The notes beneath the pieces are model-generated. The model saw only the letters and a list, made by a program, of their open reading frames with translations, made no database searches and had not been told where the DNA came from. Shown in pieces: positions 34,931 to 40,089 of a DNA stretch of 40,089 nt. How positions within the stretch are numbered: position 1 is the first letter of the stretch; every line of letters starts with the position of its first letter. Origin of the DNA: Bacteroidetes bacterium 4572_117 (GTDB lineage Bacteria > Bacteroidota > Bacteroidia > Bacteroidales > NBLH01); contig NBLH01000002.1 in NCBI GenBank assembly GCA_002084525.1, positions 1 to 40,089 of the forward strand. The letters are read 5' to 3'. The translations under genes were made by a program, and so were the position numbers.

Positions 34931-35799
34931 GTATCATTAAGCAAATGCTGTTGAAATATGATATTGGCTCTGAAAACGAAATTCTAAACGCATTGAAGGA
35001 AATTTTTCAGGAAATAACATTGTTGGGGCTATACAGGGGGAACTTTTTTAGCAAGGCTGCTTTTTACGGGGGTACTTCATTAAGAATTCTATATGGTTTA
35101 AATAGATTTTCAGAAGATTTAGATTTTTCACTTATAGAAAAAGACAGGAGTTTTAATATCGAGCACTATTTTAAATATATTATTGACGAGTTTGATGCTC
35201 TTGGGGTGAACGTAGAGTTAAGAAAAAAAGTCAAAAAAGAAAAGTCTTCAAATATTGAGTCTGCATTCTTGAAAAATGATACCTCAATACGTACACTTGA
35301 TATAAAAACCGAAAATTTAGCAGATATTCTTGGCAGTATAAACTATCATAAAAAAATAAAAATAAAGATTGAAGTTGACACTAATCCACCTTTAAAATTT
35401 CAAACGGAGGCTAAAACACTATTAATGCCAATGACCTTTAATATTGTTTCAATGACTTTACCAAACCTTTTTGCTGGCAAAATGCATGCTGTATTGTGCA
35501 GAAATTGGAAAACACGTGTAAAGGGGCGAGATTGGTATGATTTTGAGTGGTACGTGAAAAATAACACAAGACTAAACCTTGAACATTTGCAAGAACGGAT
35601 GATTGAAAGTGGTGATTTTGAACAGGGTAAGAAACTTGATAAAAAACGATTTATTGAACTAATGAATAATAAAATTGATACATTAAATTTAACAAAAGCA
35701 ATTGAAGAGGTTCAGCCTTTTATTAAAGACAATAAAATATTTGACTTTTGGTCACAAGATTATTTCAAGTTATTGACCGAAAAAGTTTCATTTGTTTAA
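34927..35799 (+). CDS. Nucleotidyltransferase toxin, AbiEii/AbiGii family
   Basis: 290-aa ORF. AFYGGTSLRILYGLNRFSEDLDFS motif characteristic of AbiEii-type nucleotidyltransferases, later KGRDWYDFEWY block. Translationally coupled to the upstream gene. Confidence 0.85.
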   Translation: MSIIKQMLLKYDIGSENEILNALKEIFQEITLLGLYRGNFFSKAAFYGGTSLRILYGLNRFSEDLDFSLIEKDRSFNIEHYFKYIIDEFDALGVNVELRKKVKKEKSSNIESAFLKNDTSIRTLDIKTENLADILGSINYHKKIKIKIEVDTNPPLKFQTEAKTLLMPMTFNIVSMTLPNLFAGKMHAVLCRNWKTRVKGRDWYDFEWYVKNNTRLNLEHLQERMIESGDFEQGKKLDKKRFIELMNNKIDTLNLTKAIEEVQPFIKDNKIFDFWSQDYFKLLTEKVSFV

Positions 35800-35899
35800 C
35801 CCGAAAAATTTATCATTGAAAATGGCAATTTTCATGCACGCACTAGTTAAAAGAATAACAATACAAATGTACACAACATCAGGCTGGTCGTCAGTGGTT

Positions 35900-37900
35900 T
35901 TACTTGACTTTTTGCTTGTTTCGCTTCACAAAAAACAAAAAAAAGATGGCAACAATAAGCAATAAACCTATTAAAAGGTAGCTTAATTGATTGTGGCTTC
36001 TATGCAGTGGGCTGTAATCACCCAGTAAAACAAAACCTGACCAATACTTAGGGTTTACCAACTCAGGGCTTGAATTTTCAATGTAATTTATTTTGGCAAG
36101 TTGCAGGGCCTCGCTTTTTGATTTCCCAGCGGAAAGATATTTATAAAAATCATGCATGATAACTGCACTTGATTCGTCACTAATTCTCCATAAAGTATGT
36201 ACAACAGATAATGCACCTGCCAGTGTAAACCCCCTGCTTAAGCTCATGACACCTTCGCCACTATACACCCTGCCATCGCCTGTATTACAGGCACTTAGCA
36301 CTACCATTGATGCATTTATTTGTGCCCTGTGTATTTCGTAATTGTACATTAGGTTACTTTCGTTGCTGTTAATGTTTGGCGAAAATGCCAAAAATGAATA
36401 ATCAGGGTTGTCTTTTTCTGAATTTGCATGCAATGCCAAATGAAAAATCCCCTTTTTGCTTATAATAGATTTAAATTTTGATTTCGTGGCAGAATCCCCA
36501 ATATAGGTTGTGCCATTAAAATACTCTATAATTGATTTTATTTCCTCTTTTGCCCTCTTTAGTTCACTAAATAAATAAGGCGATTCAACTTGGTTTTTTG
36601 TTCTATAGTTTGGTGCAAATGCGTAGACATAATTCATATATCGATTTTCTTTTTGGTAGCTAAACAAAAGGCTTGATGAATAGGCATAAGAAAACCGATA
36701 ATCGAATATAAGGTATGGAAGCCCTGCGTAATTAATAAATGCTTCTTGCTTGTATTCCGAAATAAGGGCATCAAAAGATAAATATGCAATTTTTTCATCA
36801 GGGACAACTACTATTTTTTTATTTTCAAGTTTAAGGGGCTTTAGTAAAACATTATATAACGAATATAAGGTTTGGTTATAATTATTGTACTCCTGAAGCG
36901 TATAATTTGTCTCTTCAACTTGGTTTATTTTTTTCCTAAACAATTCAATATTTCGTTCAAAAGTGCTATCAATTTTAATCCTTTTATATCTTAATCCATT
37001 TTTGTTTATCACAAAAGCATAAAGTTGCCCACTTTGTTTATTGGTTAAATAGCTGTATTCAATCAATGTTTCATCAACCGAAAGCTCTTCTTTGATTTTA
37101 GCCAAGTCGATAAGTTTTGTTTTTGCTAATAATTTTGAATAGGCTGGGTAGTTTTCTTTTATATTTTCCAGAAGGATTTCGTGTTTTTTATTCATTTTAA
37201 ATAATTCTGATTGCCAATGCGATATTTTTTCCTGATTAGCCCCCCTTTTTTTATTCTCATCGAAAATTAGTTTTTTAAATGCTGCAATATTTTGTAAAAG
37301 TGTGGTTTTATGTTCCTTAAGGCTATCAGAAATAACATTCACGAACGCCTCATTTTGTTTTATCTCACTTAATAGTACGGCAGCTTTACATCTTTGGGCA
37401 AATTTATAGGCTTTTTCAACATATGTTTTATCAGCTGTGAGTTCAAATAATTGCAAGGCATTTTCTATGGCTGAAATGTAAAACTCTTTTTCGTTTTCGG
37501 TAATGTACAACTTGCTCTCCAAAGAAACATATCCCTGCCTTACATTATTTATAAGTTCTAATGCCAGTTCAAGAGATTCAATACTTAATTTCAAATTTTT
37601 TTCTTTGTCTTTTGTTTTTGCAGTAGACATAACAAGCAATGTTTCTGATTTTTTTTTCAAACTACGCAGCAAATTTAATTCTGATAAAATATGTTCTAGC
37701 CCGGGATTTTTATAAATATTACTGCTATTAAAATCCCCAGAATTTGAAATCAATGATTTTTGGTAATACTTAAGCGCCTCTTCATTTTTTTTTTGCCCTA
37801 AATAATAATCCCCAAAAGTTTCGTACATATCTGCGGTATAAGGGTGTTTTTCGCCAAAATTGTTAATATAGCTTTTAAGTGCTTTTTTGTATAACACCAA
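35900..37900 (-). CDS. TPR-CHAT protease, C-terminal part with membrane anchor (probably the 3' portion of a frameshifted gene)
   Basis: 666-aa ORF with TTG start in the track. TPR-like N-terminus. CHAT His/Cys dyad context FHLALHANS and VVLSACNTGDG. C-terminal TM helix LSYLLIGLLLIVAIFFLFFV followed by KRNKQKVK. The same frame stays open upstream to 38011. Confidence 0.8.
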   Translation of the reverse strand: MVLYKKALKSYINNFGEKHPYTADMYETFGDYYLGQKKNEEALKYYQKSLISNSGDFNSSNIYKNPGLEHILSELNLLRSLKKKSETLLVMSTAKTKDKEKNLKLSIESLELALELINNVRQGYVSLESKLYITENEKEFYISAIENALQLFELTADKTYVEKAYKFAQRCKAAVLLSEIKQNEAFVNVISDSLKEHKTTLLQNIAAFKKLIFDENKKRGANQEKISHWQSELFKMNKKHEILLENIKENYPAYSKLLAKTKLIDLAKIKEELSVDETLIEYSYLTNKQSGQLYAFVINKNGLRYKRIKIDSTFERNIELFRKKINQVEETNYTLQEYNNYNQTLYSLYNVLLKPLKLENKKIVVVPDEKIAYLSFDALISEYKQEAFINYAGLPYLIFDYRFSYAYSSSLLFSYQKENRYMNYVYAFAPNYRTKNQVESPYLFSELKRAKEEIKSIIEYFNGTTYIGDSATKSKFKSIISKKGIFHLALHANSEKDNPDYSFLAFSPNINSNESNLMYNYEIHRAQINASMVVLSACNTGDGRVYSGEGVMSLSRGFTLAGALSVVHTLWRISDESSAVIMHDFYKYLSAGKSKSEALQLAKINYIENSSPELVNPKYWSGFVLLGDYSPLHRSHNQLSYLLIGLLLIVAIFFLFFVKRNKQKVK

Positions 37901-37923
37901 AGCATCAGTATATGCACCTGTCT

Positions 37924-38424
37924 TTATTTTAAGTTTCCCGTATTCCTTATAAACATAAGCAAGCTTATAATAATCTTTTCCATGCTTTCGCTTAATTCCC
38001 AGGTGTTTAATTTATATATTGATTCCTGAAAATAATCAAGTGCTTTTTTATAATCGCCTTTATGTTTGAAAATATTTCCTAAATTATTATATATAGATGG
38101 TAGTTTATAATACAATGCCTCAATATTATTTAAGCTTAAATTTTCTGCTTTAATGTAATAATCAACAGCTTTATCGTATTTACCTAGAGAATTATTCATT
38201 ATCCCCAGTTGATTATATACTGCCACAAGGTTTTCTGCTTTAATATTTTCTTTTTGATCAATAATGGATAGCAAATATTTCTCTGCCTCTATAAAATCAC
38301 CCTTATTTTGAGACTTTCGTGACAATTGAAATAGTTCTTGTGGACTTTGCGCTAGAAGTGGCGTGTAAAGTATTGTTAGAAAAGCAAAAAAAAACAATAA
38401 TTTTTTATCCCTGATAATCAGCAT
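37924..38424 (-). CDS. TPR-repeat protein with signal peptide (probably the 5' portion of the TPR-CHAT gene)
   Basis: ORF 37924..38460. The likely start is the ATG at 38424 (MLIIRDKKLLFFFAFLTILYTPLLAQS). Several TPR-like repeats (GDFIEAEKYLL, GKYDKAVDYYIKA, GDYKKALDYFQES). TPR-like character is lost after ...ESIYK. Confidence 0.65.
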   Translation of the reverse strand: MLIIRDKKLLFFFAFLTILYTPLLAQSPQELFQLSRKSQNKGDFIEAEKYLLSIIDQKENIKAENLVAVYNQLGIMNNSLGKYDKAVDYYIKAENLSLNNIEALYYKLPSIYNNLGNIFKHKGDYKKALDYFQESIYKLNTWELSESMEKIIISLLMFIRNTGNLK

Positions 38425-38514
38425 CTTATAGAACAAATTAAAAAAAATCAGGTTTTGCATGGTTATATTTTTCCCCCAAAGATAATAAATGAATAAAGGT
38501 TAAACTTAATAAAA

Positions 38515-38691
38515 ATGAAAAAAATGAAAAATTTTGTTTTAAAATCAGAAAATAAAAAAGAAAATGCAAGTTTAAACATATTCAGTTTTTCAAATGAAAA
38601 AAAAATTGAAGTGTTAGAGAATCACGAGATGAATCAAATCAGGGGTGGTTACGGTGAAGAAGAAGATAATACTAATCAAGAATGGAAATAG
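38515..38691 (+). CDS. Double-glycine-leader peptide (bacteriocin/RiPP precursor-like), not in the ORF track
   Basis: Hand translation: MKKMKNFVLKSENKKENASLNIFSFSNEKKIEVLENHEMNQIRGG-YGEEEDNTNQEWK (58 aa, TAG at 38689-38691). The ...EMNQIRGG end matches the double-glycine leader pattern of Bacteroidota natural-product precursors and class II bacteriocins. Confidence 0.55.
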   Translation: MKKMKNFVLKSENKKENASLNIFSFSNEKKIEVLENHEMNQIRGGYGEEEDNTNQEWK

Positions 38692-38855
38692 AAAATATAT
38701 TGCTGTATACCTGCTTCAATTTGTAGAGCAGGGAAATATAATAATTTAAGCAAACCAATTTGCCTATAGGATTTTATGTAAAATTCTATGGGTCGTTGGT
38801 GTTTTTGTTATATCCAACTTGAATAAAAATATTAAACCCATTAACAATAATAATT

Positions 38856-39275
38856 ATGATTAAATTAAACTTTGACAACAAACTTGGCATTTTTTACGAA
38901 TGCTTTGTTGGTAGCTTTTCTATTGGCGATATGGTTTCGCATTACAACTCTGGATGTTCAAATAATAATTTGCCTGAAAGGCTTAATATAATTGTGGATT
39001 ATACCAAAGCAAAATTTACTTTTGAAATAGATGACCTGCATGAAATAGTAGGGGTAATAAAAAAAAATATTGAATACTATGAATACGTAAAAGCTGTTAT
39101 GTTACATGCCACACCATACGAACAAGTATTGAGCATGATGTTTCAAGACTTAGCAGAAAACATTCCAAATTTCCACACCAAAATTTTCACTACTAAAGAG
39201 GCTGCTACAAAATGGATACTTTCCGACAAAGTTAAAGATATTAAGAAAAAGGAATTAATTGAAAATGGGGTTTAA
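38856..39275 (+). CDS. Hypothetical protein (possibly STAS/SpoIIAA-like fold)
   Basis: 139-aa ORF followed by a hairpin plus T-run at 39315-39332. The N-terminal pattern MIKLNFDNKLGIFYECFVGSFSIGDM and overall size resemble STAS/SEC14-like small domains. Weak, from memory only. Confidence 0.5.
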   Translation: MIKLNFDNKLGIFYECFVGSFSIGDMVSHYNSGCSNNNLPERLNIIVDYTKAKFTFEIDDLHEIVGVIKKNIEYYEYVKAVMLHATPYEQVLSMMFQDLAENIPNFHTKIFTTKEAATKWILSDKVKDIKKKELIENGV

Positions 39276-39314
39276 ACAATTACTTAAGTTAAGCACAAAC
39301 TTTAGGGGGTAATT

Positions 39315-39332
39315 AAGCACCTGTGCTTTTTT
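39315..39332 (+). terminator. Putative rho-independent terminator after the 139-aa ORF
   Basis: AAGCA-CCTG-TGCTT hairpin followed by TTTT. Confidence 0.45.
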
Positions 39333-39366
39333 ATATGTAAACCCTGAGTAGTATAGGTAATTGCCT

Positions 39367-39413
39367 AACCCTAAAGGGCGTCCTGATTTTCAGCGACTTC
39401 GCCCTTTAGGGTT
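39367..39413. other. GC-rich perfect 14-bp inverted repeat (hairpin)
   Basis: AACCCTAAAGGGCG (39367-39380) and CGCCCTTTAGGGTT (39400-39413) are exact reverse complements separated by 19 nt. Unusually GC-rich for this window. Confidence 0.8.
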
Positions 39414-39506
39414 GGGGTAAAATAAAAAGGTAACAAACTAATAATCAGCAATATACGCAATTGTCTGATAGGGTTCTAATCTGTTGATTATCAGCTTCTT
39501 TCAAAA

Positions 39507-39730
39507 ATGTACCGAACTATTGTTCTCGGTAACGAATGGGTTTATTTTAAAATATATACAGGATACAAAACTGCTGATTTAGTACTTACAGATGCCATTA
39601 ATCCATTGGCTAAAGAACTTTTAGAAGAAGAAATTATTGATAAATGGTTTTTTATCAGGTATTCTGATCCCGATTTTAATTTAAGGCTGAGGTATAGGCT
39701 TACTGATTTATCACAACTTGGAAAGCTTAT
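39507..39730 (+). pseudogene. N-terminal fragment of a lantibiotic-dehydratase-C-terminal / thiopeptide-type bacteriocin biosynthesis domain protein
   Basis: The first ~74 codons (NEWVYFKIYTGYKTADLVL...IIDKWFFIRYSDPDFNLRLRYRL) carry the W-x-x-K-I-Y ... WFF-I-R-Y-x-D-P-x-x-x-L-R-L-R signature of this domain. These domains are normally ~250-300 aa. From 39731 the reading frame is simply translating two ~50-nt direct repeats and stops at 39881. Confidence 0.55.
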
Positions 39731-39780
39731 TTTCATGTGTCTATTTTTAAATTGTTTTTATTTACCACATGGAACATCCC
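39731..39780 (+). repeat. Direct repeat unit 1 (50 nt) interrupting the LanB-C-like ORF
   Basis: TTTCATGTGTCTATTTTTAAATTGTTTTTATTTACCACATGGAACATCCC, with internal inverted arms TTCATGTG / CACATGGAA. Near-identical copy at 39824-39873. Confidence 0.8.
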
Positions 39781-39823
39781 AAATAGTCATTACCTTGGGT
39801 GGCAAAGCTTTTATCAATGTATG

Positions 39824-39873
39824 TTTCATGTGTCTATATTTAATTGTTTTTTATTTATCACATGGAACATCCC
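39824..39873 (+). repeat. Direct repeat unit 2 (50 nt)
   Basis: TTTCATGTGTCTATATTTAATTGTTTTTTATTTATCACATGGAACATCCC. Differs from unit 1 by a few substitutions and compensating 1-nt indels in the AT-rich loop. Confidence 0.8.
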
Positions 39874-40089
39874 TAGCGTAACACTGATTTTTATTTAGCT
39901 TAAAACACACGAATACTAATCGAATTTCGTAAAACTTTGTTTTTTTAGCAAAGTTTCACAACATAATAATATAATAGTCATTACCTTAGCCCGACTTGCA
40001 TTTTCCTTTTTATAACTTCCTTAACGACAGGCAATAGTAGTCTTGTGAGTCGTCGTCGGGACTACAGTTTGCTCGTAAGTTTTTAAAAA

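Noticed and set aside
38788-38826. 12-codon ORF MGRWCFCYIQLE between the GG-peptide and the 139-aa ORF
   Set aside because: It is too short, has no leader, and shows no supporting signal. It is probably chance.
39731-39873. Possible mini CRISPR array (two ~50-nt repeats separated by 43 nt)
   Set aside because: There are only two units, and they differ by several substitutions and indels. Flanking sequence is also partly duplicated. No cas genes or further repeats are in the window. The pattern fits a duplicated hairpin element better.
40021-40089. Open frame on the - strand entering from beyond the window (…FLKTYEQTVVPTTTHKTTIACR*)
   Set aside because: Only ~22 codons are visible and no motif is recognisable. 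It cannot be supported as a gene from this window alone.
1-40089. tRNA, rRNA, tmRNA, RNase P, transposase and integrase genes
   Set aside because: Scanning by eye found no T-loop/acceptor-type signatures, no rRNA-like conserved blocks, and no DDE, tyrosine or serine recombinase motifs in any ORF. A tRNAscan/Infernal run is still needed to be certain.

Overview
Visibly AT-rich ~40 kb chromosomal segment. The gene content points to an anaerobic member of the Bacteroidota: a T9SS type-B (gliding-motility) C-terminal sorting domain, DUF4290-murA synteny, TAnnTTTG-type promoter boxes, a GG-Bacteroidales-style leader peptide, and NfnAB and Wtp transport genes.

I support 31 protein-coding features.
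- 0-33.6 kb is mainly housekeeping and sensory genes. These are two membrane sensor PP2C/SpoIIE phosphatases, a secreted serpin, an ArsA-like ATPase, an adenylate cyclase-HD fusion next to a BacNaV-like channel, a T9SS cargo protein, a TPR histidine kinase, a UvrD/PcrA helicase, DUF4290, murA, a TlpA-like protein, a ModE-like regulator with wtpABC-like transporter, acs, an ECF sigma/anti-sigma pair, and nfnA-nfnB plus a DHOD-like gene.
- 33.6 kb to the window end looks accessory. It holds an AbiEi/AbiEii type IV TA pair, a frameshifted or split TPR-CHAT protease, an unannotated double-glycine-leader peptide, a small hypothetical protein, and a LanB-C-terminal-type gene fragment that runs into direct repeats.

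By eye I found no rRNA, tRNA, CRISPR array, transposase or integrase.

Three families of short intergenic repeats (called R1, R2 and R3 here) recur in the window and are not explained by the genes.

I cannot show a complete, clearly novel system. The best candidates are:
- the GG-peptide / LanB-C-like RiPP-type locus at 38.5-39.7 kb
- the R1 and R2 repeat families, one of which carries an internal promoter box between inverted ends
- the nfnAB + DHOD-like three-gene operon
- the cyclase-HD / ion-channel cluster

All functional calls rest on motif recognition by eye, not on database searches.
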